Source: an uncultured Gemmatimonadales bacterium
GTDB taxonomy: Bacteria > Gemmatimonadota > Gemmatimonadetes > Gemmatimonadales > Gemmatimonadaceae
Assembly: GCA_963850905.1 (NCBI GenBank)
Contig: CAWKMU010000003.1
Span: 352,001 to 416,000 of the forward strand
Direction: 5' to 3'
Length of the DNA stretch: 64,000 nucleotides
Shown: in pieces, positions 48,263-59,386 of the stretch
Position numbering within the stretch: position 1 is the first letter of the stretch
Layout of the letters: each line of letters begins with the position of its first letter
Notes under the pieces: generated by a model
The model's database searches: none
What the model was told of the DNA's origin: nothing
The model's input: the letters and a program-made list of their open reading frames with translations, nothing else
Program-made: the position numbers and the translations under genes

Positions 48263-51200
48263 ATGTGGATAGTTCGCCTGGCGCTCCGTCGGCCATACAC
48301 CACGCTGTGTATGGCACTGCTGATGTTACTGGTCGGTGTGTTCGCCGCACTCTCGATGTCGACGGACATTTTTCCGACCACCAACATCCCGATCGTCTCC
48401 GTCGTCTGGTTCTACAACGGCCTGCAGGCCAACGACATGGCCGGCCGCATCGTGACGATCAGCGAGCGCGCGTACACGACCGGGGTGGCCGACATCGAAC
48501 ACATCGAATCGGAGTCGCTCGACAACGTCGCAGTGATCCGCGTCTACATCCAGCCGAGCGGCAATATCGCGTCGGCGATCGCGCAGGTCACGAGCACGTC
48601 CCAGGCTATCACGCGCCTGTGCCCGCCGGGCACCACACCGCCGTACGTAATTCGCTACAGCGCGACCGACGTGCCAGTGATGGAGGTCGGCATCACGAGC
48701 GAGACGGCGGGGGAAGGGGAGCTCAACGACAACGGCAACAACTTCGTGCGCCCGTTCCTGGTGACCGCGCAGGGCGCCAATCTCCCGCCGGTTTTCGGCG
48801 GCCCGCCGAAACAGGTCAACGTCGACATCGACCTCGCGGCACTGCAATCCAAGGGGCTCTCACCGATCAATGTCAGCACGGCGATCAGCCTGCAGAACAT
48901 CATCCTGCCGGCCGGCACACAGAAGATGGGAACGCGCGAATACCAAGTCGCGCTCAACTCGAGCCCGGAAGTCCTGAGCCGCCTGGCCGACTCGCCGATC
49001 CGGATGGTCAACGGCCAAATGGTGTTCATCCGGGACGTAGCCCAGATCCGCCTCGGCGCCGGCGTGCAGACCAACATCGTTCGCATCAACGGTCGCCGCG
49101 CCGCGTACATCCAGGTGCTGAAGTTCGGGGCGGCTTCAACCATCGCGGTGGTCAACCGGATCCGGCAGCTGCTGCCAGCGGCGCAGGCGGCCATTCCGCC
49201 GGACATCCATCTGAACGTCGTGCAGGATCAGTCACTCTACGTCCGCAACGCGATCAGCGGGGTCATCCGCGAGGGGGTCATCGCCGCCTGTCTCACGGCG
49301 CTCATGATTCTGCTCTTCCTGGGCAGCTGGCGTAGTACCGTGATCGTCGCGATCTCGATCCCGCTCTCCATCTTGTCCTCGATCATCGTGCTGTGGGCGT
49401 TGGGCGAGACCATCAACATTCAGTCGCTCGGCGGTCTCGCGCTCGCTGTCGGGATTCTCGTGGATGACGCAACGGTCGAGATCGAGAACGTCCACCGCAA
49501 CATGGCGCAGGGCAAAGACCTGCTGCAAGCCATCATCGACGCGGCATCGCAGGTCGCCGTACCGGCCATCGTCGCGTCGCTCTCGATCTGCATCGTGTTC
49601 GTTCCAATTTTCTTCCTGAGCGGCGCATCGGCGTCGCTGTTCAAGCCGCTCGCGCTTGCAGTCATCTTCGCGATTCTCGCGTCCTATCTCCTCTCGCGAA
49701 CGCTCGTCCCGACAATGGTGCGATACATGTTGGGCGGTGAGCTGGAGATGTATCGGGGGACCGACGAAGAGCAGATCGAGAAACGGCGGAACGCGAACTG
49801 GCCGTGGCGCGTCAACGCGTTCGTCGAGGTTGGCTTCGGTCGGTTTCGCGACCGCTATGCGTCCTTGCTCAAGCTCGCGCTCGACCACAAGGTCGTCACG
49901 CTGGGGGTCGGCGCGGCCTTCATCGGGCTGAGTATGCTGCTCATTCCCGCGATCGGAGAGGATTTTTTCCCCGCCGTCAATGCCGGGGTGTTCCAGCTCC
50001 ACGTTCGGGCGCCGTCGGGGACACGCCTCGAGGAGAGCGAATTGGTGTTCGGCGCCGTCGAGCGGACGATCCGCCGGCTCATCCCCGCGGACGAGATCCA
50101 GCTCCTGCGCGACAACATCGGGCTTGCGGGCGGTGGCGTGGCGCTCGCGACCGGCGACCTCTCGGTCATCGGCCCGGCCGACGGCCAGCTTCTGGTCGTG
50201 TTCAGCCGCAAGCGCAGTCACCCAACCGCCGAGTATCAGCGCCTGGTGCGAGACACACTCGTCCGCGAGTTCCCCGACGATCAGTTCTGGTACCAGCCCG
50301 CCGACATCGTCACGCAAGTGCTCAATCAGGGGCTGGCGGCGCCCATCGACGTGCAAATCGCCGGGCGGGCCAAGGATAGCAATTATGCACTGGCCCAGGA
50401 GATGGCGAGCGAGATCAAGCGGTTGCCGGGTGCCGCGGATGTGCGGATTCGCCAGGTCATGGATGAGCCACAAATCTTCTTCAGCGTCGACCGGGATCGC
50501 GCGCAACAGGTCGGTTTGACGCAGCAAAGTATCGCCCAGGCGATGCTGGTCTCGCTTAGCGGAAGTTTCCAGACGGCCCCGAACTTCTGGCTCGATCCGT
50601 CGAATGGGGTGAACTACAGCGTGTTCGTACAGACTCCGCAGTACAAACTCACGAACCTCGCCGAGCTCGCGCAGACGCCGGTCACGAGTAGCGCCGCCGG
50701 AACGAACACGACGGTCACGCCGCAACTGTTCGGCAACCTCGCCACCACGGCGCGTCGAGCAGTGCCCGCGGTCGTCAACCACTACAACATTCAGCAATCC
50801 TTCGACGTGTACGCCGATCCCGAAGGCCGGGACCTCGGCGGCCTGGCGAGTGACGTCGACCGCTTGATTGACGACATGCGGGCCAAGCTCCCCCGTGGGT
50901 CCTCGATCGTGCTGCGAGGGCAGGTGCAGAGCATGCGCTCCTCCTTCAGCGGGCTCATTGGTGGAGTCCTCGCGGCGTTGGTCCTCGTGTTCATTATCCT
51001 GATGGTGAACTTCCAGACATTCCTCGATCCGCTCGTCATCATCATGGCGCTCCCCGGCGCGGTCGCCGGCGTCCTCTGGGCATTGTTCGTGACGGGCACG
51101 ACGTTCAACGTCCCGTCGCTCATGGGGATGATCATGGCGCTCGGCGTCGCGACGTCGAATAGTGTGCTGTTGATCACGTTCGCCGATGACGCGCGGCAAG

Positions 51201-51562
51201 GCGGCTTCAACGCCCACGACGCCGCGATCGAGGCCGGCACGACACGACTCCGGCCCGTCATCATGACGGCGCTGGCGATGATCATCGGCATGGTGCCAAT
51301 GGCCCTGGCGTTGGCCGAAGGGGGCGAGGAGAATGCGCCATTGGGACGCGCGGTGATCGGCGGCCTGCTCGTCGCCAGCGTCTATACGCTCATTCTCGTG
51401 CCGGTGATGTACGCCACCATCAGGACATCGATGCCTCTCGAGGAGATCACACTGCCCGACGCGACGCCAATTGATGTCCAGTTCGCCGCGCCCGGACACG
51501 TGCCGCGTTCACAGACCAGCAGCGGGTCGGGCACGCCGGACGGGACGCCGCACCATGGCTGA
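48263..51562 (+). CDS. RND efflux permease (AcrB/CusA superfamily)
   Basis: ALRRPYT, GGLALAVGILVDDATVEIENVHR, RLRPVIMTALAMIIGMVP. Confidence 0.96.
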   Translation: MWIVRLALRRPYTTLCMALLMLLVGVFAALSMSTDIFPTTNIPIVSVVWFYNGLQANDMAGRIVTISERAYTTGVADIEHIESESLDNVAVIRVYIQPSGNIASAIAQVTSTSQAITRLCPPGTTPPYVIRYSATDVPVMEVGITSETAGEGELNDNGNNFVRPFLVTAQGANLPPVFGGPPKQVNVDIDLAALQSKGLSPINVSTAISLQNIILPAGTQKMGTREYQVALNSSPEVLSRLADSPIRMVNGQMVFIRDVAQIRLGAGVQTNIVRINGRRAAYIQVLKFGAASTIAVVNRIRQLLPAAQAAIPPDIHLNVVQDQSLYVRNAISGVIREGVIAACLTALMILLFLGSWRSTVIVAISIPLSILSSIIVLWALGETINIQSLGGLALAVGILVDDATVEIENVHRNMAQGKDLLQAIIDAASQVAVPAIVASLSICIVFVPIFFLSGASASLFKPLALAVIFAILASYLLSRTLVPTMVRYMLGGELEMYRGTDEEQIEKRRNANWPWRVNAFVEVGFGRFRDRYASLLKLALDHKVVTLGVGAAFIGLSMLLIPAIGEDFFPAVNAGVFQLHVRAPSGTRLEESELVFGAVERTIRRLIPADEIQLLRDNIGLAGGGVALATGDLSVIGPADGQLLVVFSRKRSHPTAEYQRLVRDTLVREFPDDQFWYQPADIVTQVLNQGLAAPIDVQIAGRAKDSNYALAQEMASEIKRLPGAADVRIRQVMDEPQIFFSVDRDRAQQVGLTQQSIAQAMLVSLSGSFQTAPNFWLDPSNGVNYSVFVQTPQYKLTNLAELAQTPVTSSAAGTNTTVTPQLFGNLATTARRAVPAVVNHYNIQQSFDVYADPEGRDLGGLASDVDRLIDDMRAKLPRGSSIVLRGQVQSMRSSFSGLIGGVLAALVLVFIILMVNFQTFLDPLVIIMALPGAVAGVLWALFVTGTTFNVPSLMGMIMALGVATSNSVLLITFADDARQGGFNAHDAAIEAGTTRLRPVIMTALAMIIGMVPMALALAEGGEENAPLGRAVIGGLLVASVYTLILVPVMYATIRTSMPLEEITLPDATPIDVQFAAPGHVPRSQTSSGSGTPDGTPHHG

Positions 51563-52976
51563 TCAGATCGTACCGCCCCCTCGCCCCGAACCCGATCGCC
51601 ACCGGTTGTGGATTGGGACGGCAGTGGTGCTCGGCACGCTGATCGTCCTGCTGCTCGCGGGCCTTCTTCCGCATCGCGCTCGCCAACGCGAGCTCGCGAC
51701 CCGAGCTCGGCAGGCGGCGCTCGATGACAGCATTCCGCGCGTCGGCGTCGTGCGCATCGCGCGCGGCACGCCCGAAGCGGATTTGATGCTGCCGGGGACA
51801 CTGCAGGGAAACCATCTGACGTCGCTCTACGCACGATCATCAGGCTATGTCGAGCGGTGGTATGCCGACATGGGCACGCGAGTCCACCGAGGAGAGCTGC
51901 TGGCGACTATCGAGGCGCCCGATGTCGACCAGGAATTGGCGCAAGCCCAGCAACAGGCGGCCAACGCACGCGCAACGCTCCAGCTGAATCAGGTGAACCT
52001 CGCGCGCTGGAAGGTGCTGTACCGCGACAGCACCGTTACGAAGCAGGAGCTGGACACCTTTCAGGCCAATTATGACGCCTCGGTGGCGAGCGTCGCGGGC
52101 GCCGATGCCAACGTGCACCGTTTGGAGGCTCTCGTCGGCTTCCAACGGATCACCGCACCCTTCGATGGTGTCATCACCGCGCGCAACGTCGACAACGGCG
52201 TGTTTGTGACCGCGGTCGGGACTACCAATACCCCTCAACCCGCTGGCACCGGAGGCAACACACTAATCAACACCAATGAAGCCACCGAGCTCTTTCGCCT
52301 CGCCAGCACGGACACCGTCCGCCTCTATGTCGGCGTGCCGCAGTCGTATGCCGTAGCCCTGCGAATCGGTATGCCTGCGACACTCTCCCTTCGAGACTTG
52401 CCCGGCCGTGTGTTCTCCGGCCGCGTCACCCGCACAGCCAACGCGGTCGACGCGGCATCCCTCACCCTGCTGGCCGAGGTCGACGTCATCAATTCCGACC
52501 GGTCCCTGCTCCCGGGGATGTTCGCGCAGACGCACTTTCGTTTCGAGCGGTCCAACCCGCCGCTGCTCATGCCCGGCACAGCGATGATCTTCCGCACGTC
52601 CGCACCGCAAGCAGCGGTCGTCGGCAGCGATTCCATCGTGCACTTCCGCACCGTCCAGATCGGCCGCGATTTCGGCACCGTCATCGAGGTCGACTCGGGA
52701 CTCGCGGACGGTGACTACGTGGTCGCCCAACCCAACGACGCGCTCCGCAATGGGCAACGCGTGCGCGCACGCCTCGAGGCGGAGAATGGCGTACCAGGCG
52801 CGGACACCGCGCGGGGACAACCGGTCGCGCCGCCACGGACACCAGGCCCGCCGACGACGACGTCGCGAGGCAGTCCACCGGCAAGCCCGCCCACGCCGCC
52901 AAGCGGCGCGACGTACAAATCTCCGCCGCAAGTGGAGAGCGGATTCCCAGCCGCTTCGCCTCCGGCGAAGCGGTAA
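51555..52976 (+). CDS. RND periplasmic adaptor (membrane fusion protein)
   Basis: N-terminal TM, YARSSGYV lipoyl motif, ITAPFDGVITARNVD; start at MADQIV overlaps the RND stop. Confidence 0.93.
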   Translation: MADQIVPPPRPEPDRHRLWIGTAVVLGTLIVLLLAGLLPHRARQRELATRARQAALDDSIPRVGVVRIARGTPEADLMLPGTLQGNHLTSLYARSSGYVERWYADMGTRVHRGELLATIEAPDVDQELAQAQQQAANARATLQLNQVNLARWKVLYRDSTVTKQELDTFQANYDASVASVAGADANVHRLEALVGFQRITAPFDGVITARNVDNGVFVTAVGTTNTPQPAGTGGNTLINTNEATELFRLASTDTVRLYVGVPQSYAVALRIGMPATLSLRDLPGRVFSGRVTRTANAVDAASLTLLAEVDVINSDRSLLPGMFAQTHFRFERSNPPLLMPGTAMIFRTSAPQAAVVGSDSIVHFRTVQIGRDFGTVIEVDSGLADGDYVVAQPNDALRNGQRVRARLEAENGVPGADTARGQPVAPPRTPGPPTTTSRGSPPASPPTPPSGATYKSPPQVESGFPAASPPAKR

Positions 52977-53001
52977 GTAGGGGCGACGCCATGCGTCGCC
53001 C
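52977..53001 (+). repeat. REP palindrome directly after the MFP stop codon
   Basis: GTAGGGGCGACGCCATGCGTCGCCC. Confidence 0.85.
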
Positions 53002-53017
53002 GCGTGTTTCCCGGTGA

Positions 53018-53911
53018 TCAACCGAAACGGACGATCGCGAAAATCCCGAGGACGATCACACCGGAGCCCAACAGGCGCAGCGCGCTGAATCGTTCACCCA
53101 GTATGAGCCAGCCCGCGACGGCGGCGATGACAATGCTCACCTCGCGCGTCGCGCCGACATAGGCGACCGGCGCGAGCCGAAACGCGACGAGCACCGCGAC
53201 GTATCCCCCCGCCATGGCCGCCCCGACGAGCAGGATGCGGCGCCATCGGCGGGCCCAGGTCGGCCCGACCCGCGTCCGACGGCTACCCCGCAACACAATG
53301 GGCGCAGTCATCGCCGCACCGAGCCAAAAAACCGCGCCTTCGTACCCCGCCGCTGTCACGAACGCGCCGGCCGGCGCGCGACGCATCGCGGCGCCGTCCA
53401 CGACGGAATAGGCGGAAATGCAGAGCGCCACGCCCAACGTCAATCCAATGTCGGCCCACTGATCAGCGCTCAACGCGCGCTTCCCCGTCGCGTCAGACTG
53501 GCGCTGCATAGTCCAAGCGACCATGACGACCCCGACCCCGAGCGCACAGATACCCGCGAGTCCGGCGGCACGAGGCGGCTGCGCGAGGAATACAGTCGTC
53601 CACACCGCGAGCAACAACGGCGCCGTTCCCCGCGCGATGGGATACACCACCGACAGATCGCCTCGCTCATACGCGGCCGTCAGCAACAGCACATACACCG
53701 CCTCGGCCGCTGCGCTCGCGATGACAAACGGCCAGACCGACACCACGGAATGCCATGCCGCGACGACGGCGGGGCCGAGCAACACGCCGCCCATCGCGAG
53801 CGCGAGCCACGTGAGCAACTCGCGGTCGACCTGCGTCTGTTTGACCAGGAGATTCCAGCCGGCGTGTATGACCGCCGCGGTGAGGACGAGTGCTAGAGCC
53901 GCCGCCGACAT
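53018..53911 (-). CDS. EamA/DMT family transporter
   Basis: AAVIHAGWN, AYERGDLSVVYPIARG, REVSIV...LGE. Confidence 0.9.
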   Translation of the reverse strand: MSAAALALVLTAAVIHAGWNLLVKQTQVDRELLTWLALAMGGVLLGPAVVAAWHSVVSVWPFVIASAAAEAVYVLLLTAAYERGDLSVVYPIARGTAPLLLAVWTTVFLAQPPRAAGLAGICALGVGVVMVAWTMQRQSDATGKRALSADQWADIGLTLGVALCISAYSVVDGAAMRRAPAGAFVTAAGYEGAVFWLGAAMTAPIVLRGSRRTRVGPTWARRWRRILLVGAAMAGGYVAVLVAFRLAPVAYVGATREVSIVIAAVAGWLILGERFSALRLLGSGVIVLGIFAIVRFG

Positions 53912-54154
53912 ATGCAGCGCGAACCTACGACGTCACCGTGGCCACCCGAAAGGGGCAACACAATCGGCCGATCGGCTGAGCGCCGTAGGGACCGCGCCAC
54001 CCGAACGGTTTCCCGAGATGCGCGTGTTGGCGGCGAGCACACGACGCGAAGCGGCTATTTTGCGATAAAGTTGCAGCCTGGCAACTGCCGCTCTGAGTTG
54101 TTGCGGTTACCCCAAACCCCAGACCCCAAACCCCACACCCGCTCTTCGCCTCTA

Positions 54155-56070
54155 ATGTCCGGCCCCGCACTGCCCCTACCGCTCCTCGTGTCTCAGCGGT
54201 CGAATCGCGGCAACAATCCAGAGCAACCCACCGGTTGGCGAGAAAAACTCGCGGTACTGGGGTCATTGCCCAGGCTTCTTCGCCTGGTCTGGGCGACCCA
54301 TCGCGGCTACACGATGACGATGGTGTTGCTCCGCATCGTCCGCGCGTTCATTCCATTCGCCACGCTGTGGATCGGCAAGTTGATCATCGACATGATCCAG
54401 TATCCGCGGGGACGACCAATCGCAATGCTCTGGCGCCTCGTCGCCATGGAATGGCGATCGTCTTGGGCGGCGAGTTCCTGGCGCGCGCGTCGGCTCTTGT
54501 CGAATCCCTCCTGGGCGATCTCTTCTCGAACGACATCAGCGTGCGGCTTATGCGCCATGCCGCCACACTGGACCTCGCGCAATTCGAGGATCCAGCCTTC
54601 TACGACCACCTGGAACGAGCCCGTCAACAGACGACTGGTCGCATTGGTCTGATCGCTCAACTGTTGGGAATGGGCCAAAACACACTGACGCTCGTGACGC
54701 TGGCCGTCACGATTGTCGCGTATTACCCCTGGCTGCTGTTGCTCCTCGCAGCGGCAGTTTTCCCGAGCTTCATCGGCGAGACGCACTACGCCGCACTCAG
54801 TTACTCGCTACTGTTCCGACGGACGCCTGAACGGCGCGAGCTCGACTACCTCCGATATGCCGGGGCAAGCGATGAGACGGCGAAGGAGGTTCAGATGTTC
54901 GGCCTCGCGCCGTGGCTCACCCAACGGTACCACGACCTGGCGCGCCGATACTTCGAGGAGAACAAACACCTCTCCGTCCGACGCAGCACCGTCAGCGCAG
55001 CGTTGTCCGTTCTCGCCACGGCCGGCTACTACGCGGCGTACGTCATCATCCTTCGCGCAACCGCGACCTCGCAGATCACCATCGGCACCCTGACGCTGCT
55101 CGCCGGCTCGTTCAAAGGTAGTCGCGACCTGATTCAGCAACTGCTCCTGGCAGCCAGTGACATCTACTCGCAGAGCCTCAACCTGCGAGATCTGTTTGCA
55201 TTCTTCGAGATCCAGCCGACGATTGCGACGGGCGCAGGCGGAGTCGTCGTGCCGCGGCCGATCCGCGATGGGTTCGTCTTCGAGAATGTCGGATTCCAGT
55301 ATCCGGGCAGCGATCGGTGGGCCGTCCGGAACGTCAACTTCGCCATTCGGCCAGGAGAACGGGTCGCGCTGGTGGGGGAGAACGGTGCGGGCAAGACGAC
55401 GCTCACGAAGCTGATCGCTCGCCTGTACGATCCGACCGAAGGGCGTGTCCTGCTGGACGGACGCGATCTGCGAGAGTACGACCTCGCCTCGGTGCGGCAG
55501 GCGATCGGAGTCATCTTCCAGGATTTCGTCCGCTACGACATGCGCTTCGACGAAAACATCGGCGTGGGCGAGATCGGGCTGACCAGTGGCTATCTCGAGG
55601 CGCTCAACGCGGACAAGGCCAATGCGGTGAGCCCCGATCGCGTGCCGCCACCCATCACCAATGCCGCCGCGCGCTCGCTCGCGACCTCGCTGCTCGGTCG
55701 CATGCCACACGGGTACCGCCAGATGCTCGGGAGACGTTTTGCGGATGGCGTCGATCTGTCTGGTGGCGAGTGGCAGAAGGTCGCGTTGGCCCGGGCATAC
55801 ATGCGGACAGCGCAGTTGCTCATTCTCGACGAACCCACTGCGGCACTCGACGCACGTGCCGAATACGAGGTCTTCCTGCGATTCTCAGAGCTCATGGCCG
55901 GCCGGATGGCCGTGATCATCTCCCACCGGTTCTCGACCGTGCGCATGGCCGACCGCATTGTGGTCCTGGAAGGCGGCCACGTCGTCGAGGAGGGCACCCA
56001 CGCTGCCCTCGCCTCCAACGGGGGCGTGTACGCCGAGCTCTTCGAGATGCAGGCCGCGGGTTACAGGTAA
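54155..56070 (+). CDS. ABC exporter, fused permease/ATP-binding (one-base frameshift near 54450)
   Basis: N-terminal TMs in the 53912 frame (LPRLLRLVWATH...LWIGKLIID), remainder in the 54235 frame; GENGAGKT, LSGGEWQKVALAR, LDEPTAALD, ISHRFSTV. Confidence 0.9.
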
Positions 56071-56129
56071 GAGGTGAACGGCGGGGGTCCGGGAACCGGG
56101 TAATCACAATGACGCCTGCTTTTCGGCGG

Positions 56130-56309
56130 GTAGGGGCGACGCCGTGCGTCGCCCTCCGTTGCCAAAACAACGCGCAATTCGGCGGCGCCCCCCCACGCGG
56201 ATGGCCCGGCACCCTGCACGGCGCCGGCAACCCCGGGCGACGCATTGCGTGTGATCTCGGCGCGCCGTGACAGGCCTTGGACCGGTAGGGGCGACGCATT
56301 GCGTCGCCC
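56130..56309 (+). repeat. REP cluster (two full copies, one partial)
   Basis: Copies at 56130-56154, partial ~56235-56250, and 56285-56309. Confidence 0.85.
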
Positions 56310-56538
56310 GTTTGTTTACCCGACAGGGGGACGACGGATTGCGACGCCCCGACCCGCTGTCGCCCCCTTCATTAGAAGACACCGAGGCGGCCTGGACCCC
56401 ACCGTTTAGCCCTTAACTTGTGATCAGCTAAGTGACCATTTACTAAACACTTACGCCACGAGCTCATCCGTATCGCGTCCGCCAGCGAGGTCGTCTTACA
56501 GACGCACCCCCCGAAGGCATCCTCCAACAGCGATCCGT

Positions 56539-56781
56539 ATGAGCCGACACGAGTTTACTCACAGCTACGACGGCCAGGAGACGTGGGTGTTCCAGATGGA
56601 TCCCGTCGCCGGTCCGAAGGGCCTCCGCTACCGCGTCCGCTACGAAAAAGGCACGACCTGGACCGAGTGCCTCCTCCGCAACGCGCCCGTCGGCGCGTCG
56701 GCCGAGACCCTCCAGCAGGCGATCATTGATTGGGAAGGCCGAATCCTGAGGCCGACTGGTACCCAGCAACCCGCAGCTTAG
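56539..56781 (+). CDS. Small hypothetical protein (80 aa)
   Basis: Balanced composition unlike the shadow ORFs, GC3-rich codons, occupies an otherwise empty gap and is followed by a hairpin. Confidence 0.55.
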   Translation: MSRHEFTHSYDGQETWVFQMDPVAGPKGLRYRVRYEKGTTWTECLLRNAPVGASAETLQQAIIDWEGRILRPTGTQQPAA

Positions 56782-56782
56782 G

Positions 56783-56922
56783 GATCGAACGGCGGGATCA
56801 GGGGTCAGGGGTCAGGGAACCGCAAAGAACAGAGGGCCAGTGCGCGTCGCCGCCACTGGCCCTCACGGTTTTCCCCCGACCCCCGACCCCCGACCCCTGA
56901 TCCCCGACCCCGCCGTTCGGTC
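56783..56922. terminator. Long (~140 nt) heptamer-armed hairpin between convergent genes
   Basis: Outer arms GATCGAACGGCGGG / CCCGCCGTTCGGTC, (GGGGTCA)n vs (CCCCGAC)n arms, and an inner perfect stem GAGGGCCAGTG / CACTGGCCCTC. Confidence 0.7.
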
Positions 56923-56924
56923 TT

Positions 56925-58922
56925 TTAGAAGATATTGCCCAGCCGCAGCTGTCCCTGCCCTGCGCCCTGCGCAATCTGCTGTTTCTTCTTCACGACCGTG
57001 ACGGTAATCGTCGACGGATAGGCCTTGGAGTGGTGCACCTCGTTGTGCGCGATCAACGAGGTCGTTTCATCGAAGTTGTTCCCGCCCGTATTCAGGTTCC
57101 GGTCGAAACGCGGGAAGTTGCTGCTCGTGACCTCGAGCCGGATGCTGTGACCCGCCTCGAAGTAGTTGCTGGTGTTCATGGGCTGGAACGTGACCTTGTA
57201 CACTTTGCCCGGCTCCATCCAGGCGAGCGGCTTGTCGTAGCCGTCGCGGTACCGGAGTCGCTGGATCGTTTCATCGAGGTTGTACGCGTGGCCGTCCGGG
57301 TAGACGTCGATGAGCTTGATGCTGAAATCGGTGTCCTTGCGGTCCGATGACACATAGAGGGTGACGGTGACCGGGCCACTGACCTCCATCCCCTCTTTCA
57401 ACGGCGCCGTCGTGTACGTGAGGATGTCGGGTCGCACCTCCATCTTGCGCTGATCCATCGAGCCGCCGACCAGTCCGGGCTCGCAGCACACGTTGCCGCC
57501 ATACGAAGGCACCGGATTCATCGGGTCGTAGGTGAAGCCATCCGGCTTGTCGCTGCCCGTCGCCTTTGGAGTCAAGGCGCCATCGCCATTCATCGTGTTG
57601 GCCTTGCCGTTGCTCGTCAGGAAGAACGACAGCGGCTGCGCGCCGCGCGGCGGCCACACGTCGGATGTCTGCCACTTGTTGACGCCCATTGTGTAATAGC
57701 GCACGTGGGGCAGTGTATCGAGCAACCCGTTGTTCTCGCCCTTGAGGAAGTGGTCGAACCACCCATACGTGAGCGAGGCGTAGTCCCACCGCGCGTCGCC
57801 TTCGTCCCGCTCGCCGACTACCGTGTGATCCGTCGCCCGCGTGTACGAGCAGTGCAGGGTCGGTGCGATGATCGCGTACTGGTCCTTGGACGCCGACGTT
57901 GCGCGAACGTGGTTGAACAGCGCGAGATTCGGACCGACCGACACGTCATACCAGGACATAAAGTACAGTCCCGGGACATTGATAACCATGTCGTCGTGGT
58001 ACAGGCCACCGCGGTACCACGCGGAGTCGTTCGGTGTGCGTTGGATCATCCGGCCGCCGGTCGCGACAGGCATGGAGTCCGAAAAGATGCCGCGCGGCCC
58101 ATCGACAGCCTTGATGATGTCTTGTTCGGGCAGGTGCTTGAACGCGTCCATCCAATCGACTCGTGGCGACTGCTGAGCGAGGTCGAAGCTCTTCGAGGCG
58201 CGGATCAGGTCCTCCTGCGATGCGTTCGCCGGAAACATCGGACGGACCTGGTTCTGCTCACCGTACAGCCAGTCGATGAACAGCATCTGGACGGCGCCGC
58301 CGCGATACCAGTTGCCTTGCTCGTAGTACGGCTTGACGCGTCCGACACCAGCGCCGAAGCCTTCGGGAATGATCGTGGCGAGACCCGGCGGGGCCGTCGC
58401 CGCGACGCCCATCTGCCATTCGGCGGTCGATGAACAGCCGATCAGTCCGACTTTGCCATTCGACCATGGCTGCGTGCTGATCCACTGGATCGCGTCGTAC
58501 CCGTCCGTGCGCGGCGGCCCGAGAATGTCGTAGTTGCCTTGAGAGAAGAAGTGGCCCCGCTCGTTTTGACCGACGTACGCATACCCGCGCTTCACCGCGT
58601 CGAGAATCGCCGTCATGTCGGACGGGACACCGTCTCGTACGTCCCAGAAGTTGAAGTTGTACGGGGTCCGAACGAAGATCGCCGGCACCTTCCCCGTGGC
58701 GTTCTTCGGACGATAGATATCGGTTGCTAGCCGCGTCCCGTCTCGCATCGCGACCATTTCCTTGCGATCGACGACGGCCACCGACTCTAGCTCTGCCTCC
58801 AGCGCAAAGCGACGCGCTTTCGCCGCGGAGTCGAGCGGCGCCCGCTGCTGGGCGATGAGTGCTGGGGCGCAGGTGATCGCTCCGATCCCCAGCACCGCAA
58901 GGCAGCGGATGGTGTTGTGCAT
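56925..58922 (-). CDS. CocE/NonD family (S15) secreted hydrolase
   Basis: [49 protein letters not shown]; signal peptide; AGGAGG RBS before ATG 58922. Confidence 0.93.
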   Translation of the reverse strand: MHNTIRCLAVLGIGAITCAPALIAQQRAPLDSAAKARRFALEAELESVAVVDRKEMVAMRDGTRLATDIYRPKNATGKVPAIFVRTPYNFNFWDVRDGVPSDMTAILDAVKRGYAYVGQNERGHFFSQGNYDILGPPRTDGYDAIQWISTQPWSNGKVGLIGCSSTAEWQMGVAATAPPGLATIIPEGFGAGVGRVKPYYEQGNWYRGGAVQMLFIDWLYGEQNQVRPMFPANASQEDLIRASKSFDLAQQSPRVDWMDAFKHLPEQDIIKAVDGPRGIFSDSMPVATGGRMIQRTPNDSAWYRGGLYHDDMVINVPGLYFMSWYDVSVGPNLALFNHVRATSASKDQYAIIAPTLHCSYTRATDHTVVGERDEGDARWDYASLTYGWFDHFLKGENNGLLDTLPHVRYYTMGVNKWQTSDVWPPRGAQPLSFFLTSNGKANTMNGDGALTPKATGSDKPDGFTYDPMNPVPSYGGNVCCEPGLVGGSMDQRKMEVRPDILTYTTAPLKEGMEVSGPVTVTLYVSSDRKDTDFSIKLIDVYPDGHAYNLDETIQRLRYRDGYDKPLAWMEPGKVYKVTFQPMNTSNYFEAGHSIRLEVTSSNFPRFDRNLNTGGNNFDETTSLIAHNEVHHSKAYPSTITVTVVKKKQQIAQGAGQGQLRLGNIF

Positions 58923-59130
58923 CTTCCCTCCTGTAAAAAGGACGCTCAGTTGAGGCCGCCGGCCCCCGCACCGCACCCGAGCGACCCTCGACAGCCGGCC
59001 GCCATCCCCCTTCCCCCCACACCCTCCGCCAGACAGCAGACGGGTGGGCCCAGCCACTAGAAGCTACGCTCCGAGGCATCCAATCGCTGCATTGATTGCG
59101 CACCCATAGACCCACCCCGATCCTGCCCCT

Positions 59131-59310
59131 GGCCGGTACGGCCGAAACCACACCGCTCGACGCAACCACGTCCCACGCCCGGCGGATACGGTCGAACCCG
59201 TCTGGCTCGATGCAACCGCGATCTCGCCCCGGGCGGATACGGTCGAAACCACACCCCGGGTCCAACCACGATCCCACTCCCGGCGGGTACGGGCGACGCA
59301 TGCGTCGCCC
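59131..59310 (+). repeat. Degenerate ~50-bp tandem array ending in a REP palindrome
   Basis: Units start at 59131, 59181, 59232 and 59282, each with GGC(G/C)G(A/G)TACGG; the first three also have CAACC(A/G)CG. Confidence 0.7.
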
Positions 59311-59348
59311 TCCGTGCCCAACCACGACCGTGTAATCTTGTTGCAGTT

Positions 59349-59386
59349 CCCTGACCCCTGACCCCTGACCCCTGACCCCTGACCCC
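59349..59386 (+). repeat. Heptamer tandem repeat (CCCTGAC)x5
   Basis: Read directly: ccctgacccctgacccctgacccctgacccctgacccc. Confidence 0.9.

Noticed and set aside
49232..51499. Long antisense ORFs (755 aa here; also 34626-36353, 30256-31779, 42444-43964, 59057-60523)
   Set aside because: Shadow frames of well-supported genes, expected in high-GC DNA; no motifs.
46625..52976. TolC-RND-MFP pump as a novel part of the T2SS island
   Set aside because: An ordinary tripartite efflux operon; adjacency alone gives no evidence of functional linkage.
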